Shown here piece by piece: positions 53,451-64,000 of a stretch of DNA of 64,000 nt. The notes beneath the pieces were generated by a model. That model searched no databases. It was not told the DNA's origin and saw only the letters and a list, made by a program, of their open reading frames with translations. The translations under genes were made by a program, and so were the position numbers. Within the stretch, counting starts at the first letter, position 1, and each line of letters starts with the position of its first letter. The stretch is from Macrostomum lignano (lineage: Eukaryota), in the NCBI GenBank assembly GCA_002269645.1, contig NIVC01001239.1, positions 184,764 through 248,763 on the forward strand. The letters run 5' to 3'.

Positions 53451-54254
53451 ATAAATAATAACTCGTATATATGCATGCAGTAAAGTAATACGTAAGACAC
53501 AGGTGCTAGAATCATGGTCAACATACTGCTATCTGATGAAACAACCAGCGGATCCTGCAGAAGAAACAGCAGGACCAATATCGTCAAAGTACGTGACGAC
53601 TGCAATCGAATGCGGTGCTTGTTGACAACCATGTTGATTTCGGATGGTGACAACTTCGAGAGTCGTTATCGCGGAGTCGCAGGCACTCATAGAGTTTGCC
53701 TTTTTAGTGCGAGTAAATAGGTCGTTAAATAGTCTTTTTCAAAAAGGCTAGCTTTTCTCTATCCCATTATTTTCATTTTTAGAATTGTGCTGCGTCATGC
53801 CGCAAACCGGGTGTACATGCCAAGGGCTTATAGCTAATACCAGCTAGGTTATACCGAAAGTTTTTGCGTCTATTGTTTAGCTTTTGGCTGCTCTTCCACT
53901 TAGTCTTTAAAATGAACTATTGTGCAATATGCAATGAAGCGCCTTCTCTGCTTAAACAATCAGCGCAATCTATAGCTAGAGCTATTAGAAAAGTCTAAAC
54001 AATATACCACAAAGCTACGAGCCATATTTATGAGCAGTCCTGTCAACAATATAATGAAAGGCTTTCAAACACAACTGTCTCTCTTCTCTGCTATTTTTGA
54101 TTAATTGCTGTCAGCTGGAATATACGGGCTTGTTCAGTTGAGAGTCGAGACCGACTGCATATTCATCTTTCCGCGCCTGTATATGGCTCAATAATGAGCG
54201 GAAAGATGTGAAATATATATTAACTTGTCGTAGCTAAAGTATAATTACTGCTTT

Positions 54255-54592
54255 CCCGTACAACAATCCGACGTCGCACCGACCTCTGAACCGACGTCGT
54301 ACGACGTCTATGTAACATTACGTGTTTCCTATTGGTCGGACGTCGGGCCGACGTCGAAGTCGCAGTCCAAAAATTTATTTCGCGCTGCTTTAACATTTAT
54401 TTTCGCGGGATGAACTGGCAAGCAATACTGTTATGCTTAATTTAATTATTTAAGGCGAATAACGTGAATTAAGGCGAATTTAATTTTCCGACTACGACCT
54501 CGACGTCAGCCCGACGTCCGACCAACAGGAAACACGTAATGTTACATAGACGTCGTACGACGTCGGTCAGATACGTCGGATTGTTGTACGGG
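54255..54592. mobile_element. 338-bp MITE with long inverted arms
   Basis: Ends CCCGTACAACAATCCGACGT / ACGTCGGATTGTTGTACGGG. Arms about 115 bp with repeated GACGTC. TTT flanks both sides. Confidence 0.85.
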
Positions 54593-56397
54593 TTTGCTTC
54601 AATTGTTGCTTTCTGATCGTCAGAGATTGCAAGGCTGCGATACATTGCATAGGGCCCGGCGGGCCACCAATTCAATTTTATATCCGGATATCAACCCGTA
54701 TTTTAATTAATGCTTTAATTTTTTTCTAGGAAAGTTATGCGTAGGTCGTGAAACTGCTTTAAATTAGAGATTTTTATGCTTATCAAGTTTGGAGCATGTC
54801 AAATAACAAACCTGATACGCTGGAAAGTCCCCGGTCATCCTTCAAAGAAAACTTTATACTTTCTTCAGAGTCCAGTTGAGTCGGAGCCTGATTTCGGGCC
54901 CCATTCCGGATGACATCCAATTGGTACATGCACATTTAAGCTGACTGGACAGTTGGAGCAATCGCATGCCCAATTGCAATTAAGTTCGGAAGAAACTAAA
55001 TTATTATAATTCTACTGAGTCTACTGTCAGTAACCAGTATCGCATGCTAGTAACGCTACTCAATGACTAACATTGCACAGCTCACCAAAGACTGAAGGGA
55101 ACTTACGGTTTTAATTTAAAGTTTATCATATTACTCCGTTTGTTTAATATGTTCATACTATACATGGATTTAGTCATAGATGCCTGCCAACTTGAATGGG
55201 TCTTAAATAAATGATTTGACTCGGCACTACTTAGTGAAGTTTGCCAAGAATTTAAGCTAATTAAATGAACTATACAGTACAATCATTTTGGCATGCGAGT
55301 GACCGTGGCTTTCTAATGAATGACAAATATTTGTCAAGTTCTGCATAACTCGTAGATGAAAAGATCAGGCATAGGGCAATCCAACGCGACTCAAACGAGA
55401 CAGTAAGAATTGGAAAGAACTCTTTTGAAGCCCCTCTCCTTAACATTGAACAAATAAATTGGCACAGATGTGTCATATTTATTGAAAATGAAGGCCAAAA
55501 AAAGTTTCAAGCAAAAATAGCGCAGGCAAAAGTATATAACTTTATTAACCATATAAAAGTTCGAAACTCCTTCGCAATGAAGAAACATATATTGACACAA
55601 CCTGATTCACCTGAAGTTTAATTATGAGATGAAGAGGAAAGAAGCATAGGAGTGGCAATGCCAATCATGGCACTGAAAAATAGCAAACATAAATAATTTT
55701 CCCAATTACAGAATCAAATACACAGTTTAAATATTCCAACCAAGTATAACAATTCGATAGGTTACGAAAAGCCCAACCCAAGAGTACAAAATGATCGTTA
55801 ATAATAGTCATAACGACACAGAAAAAAAACTAAAACTTAGCGACAAAGAGAAATTTATTTTGAAAAACGACCTGACTATTCGTTTTTCGACACGACACGA
55901 CCTACGTATCAAAAACGACCGCAGCATAACAAAGACAATGCAACTGAAAATTGCAATTGAAAGCTCATTAGAACGACTCCAATCTATCGGGATTAATGAA
56001 CTGTCTTAAAAGTATTAATTATATAGCTGAACCAATTGGATTTCCGATCGAAGCACTTATTGGTGTATTGCATAACAAGGACAAAAGACAAAACTTTATT
56101 TTGAAGTTAAGGAGTACTTAATGCAGGTACTATAAAACGGGAAAATTCCTAGCTCGAAAATGTATTTGGCCGCAAAAATAGGTCTCCAGTGCATTCTGAA
56201 CGATTCTTCAATACAACATTTTTGTACTTCATTTGCCCACGGGTGTACTCGTAAGTTCCTTGACAACTCAGTCAACCATGCAATATATAATCTATAAAAA
56301 TATACTCTACAAAAACACTCTATAGCAAAACTGGTGCTAATTAACGGAAGAGAGATTTATATTAGCTTGGAAACAAATATTATAATGCTAAAATACT

Positions 56398-58597
56398 TTA
56401 TGATTTCATATCGCGAAGTTTAGACATTGCGTCGCGGAACAGGTCTTTGTACTTGGGCCTGTAGTCTTGGTTCACTAGCCGTTTTCGTTCGGATCTTGTC
56501 TCTTCGGCAAATATCCCGCTGAGCCGCTGCTCGAAAGTCGCTCTACTCAACTCGCCTTCATCATTTCCCATTGCTAACAGAGCGTCATCGCTGAGAGTCT
56601 GCGACTGAGCTTGGGCCATGGACACTCGAGCCTGCTTGCCCGCCAGCAGCTGCTCGTACTCCACAACCAGCCGGTTGTACTGATCATTTAGCTCAGTGAG
56701 AAGAGAGATCTCAGCCAAGGCCGTTCCGGCCAGCTTCTTTGTAGCCCCAAGTCGGGACAAATTCTCTCTGGACGAGAACACGGTACCGCCCGACTGCAGC
56801 TGGCCGCAGTCAGCGTCTCCGCGAATCTGCTGCACGTCAGATTCGATTGGCGAGGCCAGGTCGTCGTTGCCGCCAACTACGAAACTGTTAAAGTTATCAA
56901 CGCCGACCTGTAGAAATTCTTCGAACTCGTCCGCATCTTTTAATGGGCGATAGCTTGGAGGAGGCATTGGTCGATGGAGTCGCTGTTGATGTTGCTGATG
57001 CTGCTGGTGCTGCTCCAACAACTGCTGTCGCAGCTGAGCGCACTCCTGGCGGGCCAGTTCAGCGTCCTGTTCAGCCGCTGCCAGCTCGGCAAGCAGTCGA
57101 CGATTTCGAGCTTCGCTGTTAGCAACAGCTGCGGCCGCTAGGGCGGCATCGGGTTCGTCAACAGCCGGCGGCAGCTGCGGGTAGCTCGACGTCCGCGCTA
57201 CCATCGACTTTGTCAGGCGGCCAAGTCGAGAAAGATCGCCGGACTTTTCCGATGCAGCACTGGTGGTGGCGGCTGTGGCCGCGGCTTCGGCTGCTGCTGC
57301 GGCTGCTGCTGCGGCATTGGCTGCAGCAGCGTCTCGCTGCTCCAGTTGCTGGTTGAGCTCCTCTATTCGAGCCTCTAAGTTTGAGCACTGCTTACCAAGG
57401 GCAGCGGCTCGCTCTCGAGCGGTCGCCCGCTCTGCCAGAAGTTCCCGGTTTCTAGCCTCGAGTTCGGCGTACTGTCTGTCAACTTCTTCAACCATTCGCG
57501 CTTTGCCGTCGTTCAGGCCGCGAAGGGTTTGCACCTGGCGGGTCAGGAGCTCGATCTCCTGGGTCTGGTGCTCGCAGAGGCCTTTAAGTCCAGATAACTG
57601 AAGCTCCAGGTCGCGATTTCGTTCCAGCAGAGCCTTGCCTGCAAAGGAGTGTCGTTTTTCATTTAATCAGAGATAAGCTACGGTTGGCGAGGTTGAAACA
57701 AGAGCAATATAGCACTAGCTACTAGCTAAGTTAGGTTTGATTTTTACTTCTATAAGTTCTATGCTCTAGGGGGTAAGCTTATTCAAAAAGAGGTTGCATG
57801 CACTAATTTAAAGTTAACTAATTTTTACAAGAAATATGCGTAGATCTTAGTTTTATCATCCTGTGCCTTTTTCGTTCATCTCCCAATATACCACTTCTTA
57901 CTTGAGCCCTTCTCATTCTCATCCTACCGTTCTCTCTTTCTGCTCTTCAGTTGCCCTCTCAAATTTTTATGTACATCATATGAACTAGTCACAGAGCCCT
58001 TTAGAGTCTAGAGTATCACAACTTTGTCGCGCTTTTTCATATCAAACTTCTACTAAATTCTTAACTTCATGACTTCTTCTCTGTAACGATTCGTGAGAGT
58101 GAGAAAGAGAGTAGCATGCATTAGCGCAAATCACAGACGAGACTTTTAGCTTTTAAAGACGTGTTACTGTTTAACCTAACAATTAAAGTTATTCCGTCTA
58201 AAAGTGTCCCGTGATCCCCCCAATGACCCCCTTTGAATGTGTTTAAAAGCAATGCTGTGATGGTCAGCTCACCCAGCTCGGCGGCCAGTATCAGGTCATT
58301 CTCATGCCAAGCGGTGCTGTCAACCAGCGAGCAGGCCTCGTCGACCGAGGTGTCACCAAAATCAGCTGGCATCGGCAGCGGTGCTTCATCGTTGGAGTAT
58401 GCAGAATCACCTTCAGCTGACTGAGTCGCATTCAGTAGCAGGTTTTGCTGCTGATGATGGCGATGATGCTGCTGCTGATTCCTTGTGGCAGTGTCCAAAG
58501 TCCACTGCAGTGTCATCTCGTGTCTAGGCGGACCCGGCGATTGAGGAGGTACCGAATGCGATTGAGCAGCCAAATTAGCAGCATTGGCGGCTGACAT
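56398..58597 (-). CDS. CDR2: Cerebellar degeneration-related protein 2 (CDR2/CDR2L)-like coiled-coil dynein adaptor; exons 58597-58273, 57638-56398 (about 521 aa)
   Basis: Spliced WHENDLILAAELGKALLERNRDLE...QTQEIELLTRQVQTLR matches CDR2 (DLQLAAELGKTLLDRN..EQLQEIEYLTKQVELLR). ISLLTELNDQYNRL and PKYKDLF match the C-terminal blocks. Phase-1 GT-AG intron. Confidence 0.88.
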
Positions 58598-59516
58598 TTT
58601 GAAAAAGTAGCTCTGGGCTATGCTTTAGTTGAGCCAACAGAAATCTAAAAGATGCTTCAAACGACAACGGGTCAGATGATAGAGCCAGCTATTATATAGG
58701 CTCAAGATACTGAGTAGCCTTTTTCGGAGCAGCAAAATCTTTCTTCTCGCCTTGCTCTGCTGTCTTCTGCTTTTAGTTCGCAACAATTAGCGCAGTAAGA
58801 ATTGTTTGCCACCAGACTGTCTGTCTTTTGTCTCGTCAGGCCGTTTTACTTAATTATTTCCGTCGCGTATTTTATATTTGGCATGACGAAAAAGAAGAGT
58901 AGAAGTTTTTCACTGGAGGCGGGAAATGCACAGAAAAATGAAACGGACTAACTGCACAATCAACTATCCGCAATAATATATCGGTTTTGGTCTGCCGAGG
59001 CGGCGTTGAGATTTCGTGTGCGCCATGTGGTGTAGGTAGGGGGGGAGGAGGGCAGTCAGTCAGGAAAGACAGGGGCCGCCCGACAGAACTTACTTGCCCA
59101 CGTATGCCCCACCACCCTACACCCCTCTGCTTGGCGCACATGTTTTAGTCTTGGGACCCACGCGCTGGCTTGGGGGGGCCGGGGGGTTGGTCGTGTGACG
59201 GACTGTACATTCACTGTTCATAGATTATATATCTCGCTTACTCAGCTTGAAAGCTGGTTCATTCGTGTAAAGAAATTATTCCAATTAAGTAGGTTTGTCG
59301 GACTATATTTTGGGTGTACACTCGGGGGGAGTCTGAGTCTACCCCCCCCCCCAATTAATAGATCTGACCAATTAAACCTTTTCTTTGTGTGGCGTGCTCT
59401 TTTATTGGCCTCTTGCACTCAAACCGCCACGTGTCACATCGGCATTATATTATGTGTAGTTAATTAATTATGCTTGATTATGAAATGAACAATTAAACAG
59501 GGGGGGGGGTCGGGGG

Positions 59517-59768
59517 AAGGCATTCATATCTACGAAATTCGTATCTTCCAAAAGCAGCCTCTTTAACAACTCCGAAACTTTATTTCTCCGTTGGGATTAG
59601 GGTTCGACTAGGCCCGCTTAGGGTTAGGGTTAAGCTTGTCGGAGATATGAAGTGTCGGAGACAAAGTGTTGGATATTTGAAGTGTCGGAGATAGGAAGTC
59701 CATTACTAAGCCTCTCGGAAGTATGAAGTTTCGGAAATATGAAATCTCGGAGATATGAAAGCACCCTG
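59517..59768. mobile_element. MITE-like element with subterminal CGGARATATGAA repeats and an internal TTAGGG run
   Basis: Left GGCATTCATATCTACGA versus right reverse complement GGGTGCTTTCATATCTCCGA. Imperfect match. Confidence 0.45.
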
Positions 59769-60624
59769 ATGTTAATCACAGTTTAACGCACAAAATGAGC
59801 TAAAGCTCTGTTTACCATGGACACTATACTCATTCATTATTACGAGCTGAACTTACCTTTCGTTTCAATTTCTTTATAAGTAGTGATTCAAATAAATCAT
59901 CAAAGCTGGTATTTATGAAACAAACACTTGTAAGTTTGTTATTAGTCTAAATTAGGGAATAATGTTCTAAGCATCCTTTCCAAGAAACTATGTGCAGTGC
60001 TCGAGTGGCACGCTTCGAAATCAATATTTAAACATTTATTTTTTTGGCAAAGCTTGCTTACAATTACAACAAAACTTAACACACGCTCTATGCGGTCATG
60101 CTCTAGAAATGAGTCCAAGTTTATTGCTTTTTATTGCTTTTTTTACAATTGCTTTGTAAAAAAACAGTCGATGTGCGTATTAAACTTCGAATCTTTCACC
60201 GATTGGTCAATTTTAATTAACCTCACTAACTCTATGGCACTGCTATGTACCCTAACTGTTAACTGTTAATTAAGGGTACATGATGTACTTACTCGTACTT
60301 CGAAACATCATAGGATCATATATAGACAAGCTGGGCCACTCATTAACCGCTTATGTGGCCCCAGAAGCCAATGTAAAAAATTTACTTCTCGCGACAGCGC
60401 AAAAATCAACTACTGAACACAATTTCGTCAGTAGTCTCTGCAGTGCATGTATCATTCTTAATTTGATTAAACTTTCCTACTCTGGTCAAAAATTAAGCTC
60501 AGTTTCCGTTGCTTGCAAGTCATTGGTTCTGCACAAGGATTGGTTGAAAAAAATCTGAAAAGAATTCGGACAAGCATAAGATGATTTACCTACAGTATTC
60601 CTTTCAAGACTTCCTACGGTAACC

Positions 60625-63600
60625 ATGATTCTGTTTACCATTGTCTTACTGCTGAATTCAATGTCAGTCACCTCTGGCCTGGACTTCAAGCTGGCAGTTG
60701 TGATTGAGCAGAATGCAGTGAGCAGCTCCCTCATCGACCTGGCTGTGAGCAGACGGGTGAACTCGAACTGGAGACTGTTGCCAGGCCACTCAATGTCACA
60801 TGCGATCGTGCAGGTGGCCGCGGATGGAGCCCAGCAGGCTGCTAAAGAAGGTGAGTAACTACGATTCATGCCGTTGAAACTACTTTGTATTTGCAGTCAA
60901 ATTTATCCGAGATTTGGGGTTCTCGGCACAAGAACGGCGTCAATTTTGACTTCAAATTCTTTCTTATGAGGACCCAACCCAAGGCAAAGAATTTGTCCAT
61001 GCCTAATTACCAATGATCGGGAAAGTAAGGGACATTTTTCATCCTGCTTCAGCGGTGAATCTTCTTGCGCCTGCATGCTTAGGGTATCCGACGGAATCCG
61101 ACGTTTCTAACGTGTCAGCCACTCGCCATTCCAGTGTGCTCTCAGTCCGGTCTGTCAGCTCTGCTAGCGATTGGCGGTTGCGGTCTCATCTCGGACCTGA
61201 GCTCGCTGGCCAAGTCCCTGAAACTGCCGTTTATCTTTCTGCCAACCGCTCTGTGTGAGGACGCATATTTTCGTGAGTTAAATACTGAGTTAGAAATCAC
61301 TAAGTCTATCAGGGTGCTACATTAAACTAAATTACACTTGAATAAATCCCAAATTAGTGCGCAATTGCATGTAGGCAACATAAACGGAAATACTAGTGAT
61401 TTTAAATGTCCCATCATGAACTGCTGCTTTCCTTACTGAAAAATATTTATTCAGTAAGTATAAATAATTTATGAATTATTCAATGTGGTGGCATGTCGGT
61501 TTGTCGGCTCCCCCGCTCCGCTGTACGATTAAGATTATATTTGACAGATACTTTGTGGTGTTAGGACACTCAGGACGTGCTTCGGTAGATAATTGATAAT
61601 ACAGGCACGCTGGTGTACTGTATGGGTAGCGTAACATAGATTATATAAGACGATTGAGGCATATCAATACTAGTATACCGCCAAACCTGGTCTATGGGGA
61701 AAGCCAACCCCCCCCCCCCCTGACAAGCGGAAGAAAGGCAAAATAGATCGTAAACAGTGCAGAATGCACTACAAAAACAGTAAAAGAACTTTAAGTGCAA
61801 TCAAAAGGTGAGGACCACTGTATATGCGAGCGTAACAGGAAGTAAAATTTAAAGATCGTGTAAAGGGGATGTCAACTTAAGCACCAGAATGGAGCCCGAA
61901 GTTCAGCTCCGGACCAAACCGACTGCAATCGATAACTTGTCGGCCCAGACGACTAGAATCGCCGAGACATCCCATCCGGGTCCCTTCCCCTTTATCCCCT
62001 GGGACCCCAAGGAAGGGACCCGGATGGGATGTCTCGGCGATTCTAGTCGTCTGGGCCGACAAGTTATCGATTGCAGTCGGTTTGGGCCGGAGCTGAACTT
62101 CGGGCTCCATTCTGGTGCTTAAGTTGACATCCCTTTCAGATCAACTTCCAGTAAAAAATACACCACGGAGATAAAAAACACTTTTCATCACAAAATTAAT
62201 GATTGCATTTGATCGAAGACATTGAAGACCACCAGTTTTATTTAGCAGATACAAAATGATCCTCTACTATATTTTACTATAGCTGAGTAGTAAAAGTTTT
62301 ATGTTCATACTGTTCTCTTTGATACGATCTTTGGGTTTTACGTCCTGCTTTAAACTGTGGTCATTGCCAAAAGTACAAGTGTTTGACCCTCTAGAGTACG
62401 GAGCCATTGGCAGTCACTCGATGTCTGCGGTATTCGATGCGACAGCCAAAGTCATCTCGACCCTGGATGAAAAACAAGTGGCCATTTTGTACGACTCTTT
62501 CAACGGTAATCACTAATATCATAATTATGTTCATGATAAAAGTGCGCTTGATCGAAAAATAATACTGTAATTCCACTCTACATTTCTTTACCCTCACAGA
62601 GAATGGCTTCATCCAGTTGTTGCAGACGCGACTCTCGAGCATCGGCATCAGCTCCGTCCCTTTCAACGCCGACCCCACACTCAGCGGAGATCTTCTCTCC
62701 GAGAGGCTCAGACGCCTCATGAAGAAGCGCCTGTTCAACGCCATCGTCATGGCGACGCCTCGCAACGCGCAAAGCATCGTGGCAGCCGCTGCGAACGCCA
62801 GCGTCATGCAGCAGAACTACTTCTGGCTCGTGATTGACAGCGGCGGACTCAGCAAGTCCCACCTGATGCAGGTGTGTCCCAACAACTGCAACCTGGCTCT
62901 GCTCAGAGGAGGCACAACTGGCGTCAATCGGCCATCGGACTGTCCGCCTGCAGTGAGAGACGTCTTTCCGAGCTGCGACACCGACAGCATTCGGTGAGCG
63001 CCAGCTGCCGTGTCGTGCCCTGCCCTGCCCTGCCGTGCTCTGCCCTGCCCTGCCCTGCCCTGCCCTGCCCTGCCCTGCCCTGCCCTGCCCTGCCCTGCCC
63101 TGCCCTGCCCTGCCCTGCCCTGCCCTGCCCTGCCTTGCCCTGCCCTGCCCTGCCCTGCCCTGCCTTGCCCTGCCCTGCCCTGCCCTGCCCTGCCCTGCCC
63201 TGCCTGCCCTGCCCTGCCCTGCCCTGCCCTGCCCTGCCCTGCCCTGCCCTGCCCTGCCCTGCCCTGCCCTGCCCTGCCCTGCCCTGCCCTGCCCTGCCCT
63301 GCCCTGCCCTGCCTGGCCTGCCCTGCTTTGCTCTGCTCGATTTGCTCTGCATCTCACATTAATACTCGATCTCCTTTCAACCGAAATCTCGCACAGACAC
63401 TGGACATCCGTCTCGTGGATGCGATCGAGGCTCTGGCGAAGGCTCTCACAGACTCGCTGACTCAGCCGGGATTCCGAGAGAGCAACGCGTCATGCTTTCC
63501 GCTGCAGCCGTGGTCGTCTGGCTCTCAAGTGCTCAGCAATGTCATGTCTGTGAGTTTTGGTTGCTGCATTTGATTTTTTCATTGCAGCATTTTTGCTCAC

Positions 63601-63782
63601 TTTGACGCTTATTTCATTGCTCATTATTAACGGGTCTACAGGTATTTGAGCAGTTGCACTCGCCACTCTGTCTCATTTCAGCTATCGAGCTTCGACTCGG
63701 GTCGCGTGAGATTTCCTACAACTCGACAACAGGATTCTTCAACGCTCAGGGCGTTGAGATCGTTGCGTCATTCACTGAGCAG
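60625..63782 (+). CDS. Ionotropic glutamate receptor-like gene, N-terminal (LIVBP/ATD) exons; continues beyond the window
   Basis: Signal peptide. Exons about 60625-60850, 61135-61272, 62395-62505, 62600-62952/62993, 63397-63549, 63642-63782. Motifs VAILYDS, AQSIVAAA...NYFWLV and LVDAIEALAKAL...C...PWSSG. The exon 4-5 phase is ambiguous. Confidence 0.7.
61865..62133. mobile_element. Palindromic MITE inserted into AAA|TTT (Spy-like)
   Basis: 123-bp arms (61866-61988 and 62011-62133), one mismatch seen, 22-nt loop. Flanks are AAA (61862-64) and TTT (62134-36), with no TSD. Confidence 0.88.
63016..63325. repeat. (CCCTG)n pentanucleotide repeat in an iGluR intron
   Basis: Directly visible. Confidence 0.97.
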
Positions 63783-64000
63783 GTGGGAGCGGCAGCTCGG
63801 TTCGAGCTGAGCGGTCGTTCAGCAGCGGCTCGTTGACGAAACTGTTCCACAAGAGCGGCGGTGCATTTGTGTTTCCCAACAGCTTCACAGGGTTCAACAA
63901 TGCTAGCATTGTTATCTGCGCTCCATCGGTACGAAAAGCTAATATCAATTTCTAACTATTTTTTTCAATTTAGTCTGGTTTACCTATTAAGGCACTGATT

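Noticed and set aside
59610-59635. Telomere or telomeric fusion (TTAGGG)
   Set aside because: Only 2-3 units are present, inside a MITE-like element.
62578-63573. GRAGQ / PALPC repeat proteins
   Set aside because: These are translations of intronic (CCCTG)n.

Overview
Eukaryotic (animal) genomic DNA, not prokaryotic. It has GT-AG introns, GC-rich exons with poly-Ala/Gln/Pro/Gly tracts, and very many minisatellites. The style suggests a free-living flatworm such as Macrostomum; this is inference and was not verified. Host genes: a short JIP3/JIP4-type RH1-domain gene (-), a convergent intronless pair of Zn-finger/coiled-coil/NHL beta-propeller paralogs, LANCL3 (-), LDB/Chip (-), two tandem GST-kappa paralogs (-), HSP10 (+), fragments of a probable type I membrane protein (-), CDR2/CDR2L (-) and the 5' part of an ionotropic glutamate receptor-like gene (+). 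Mobile DNA: a full-length LOA/Lian-like non-LTR retrotransposon with a 14-bp TSD, four copies of one tRNA-derived SINE, a 1.55-kb hAT-type non-autonomous element with an 8-bp TSD, a Spy-like palindromic MITE, and several other MITEs. Almost every intron of the JIP, LANCL3, LDB and GSTK genes carries its own tandem-repeat family. Most long ORFs in the ORF track are artefacts of these repeats. The most notable observations are an LDB whose LIM-interaction domain is split by about 45 extra low-complexity residues and which has no in-frame ATG, exon-restricted homogenisation between the GSTK paralogs, a satellite made of 5' splice-site/U1-complementary units whose motif is also the LINE target, an RH1-only dynein-adaptor-like gene, and clusters of TAGGCCTA and TACATGTA palindromes.
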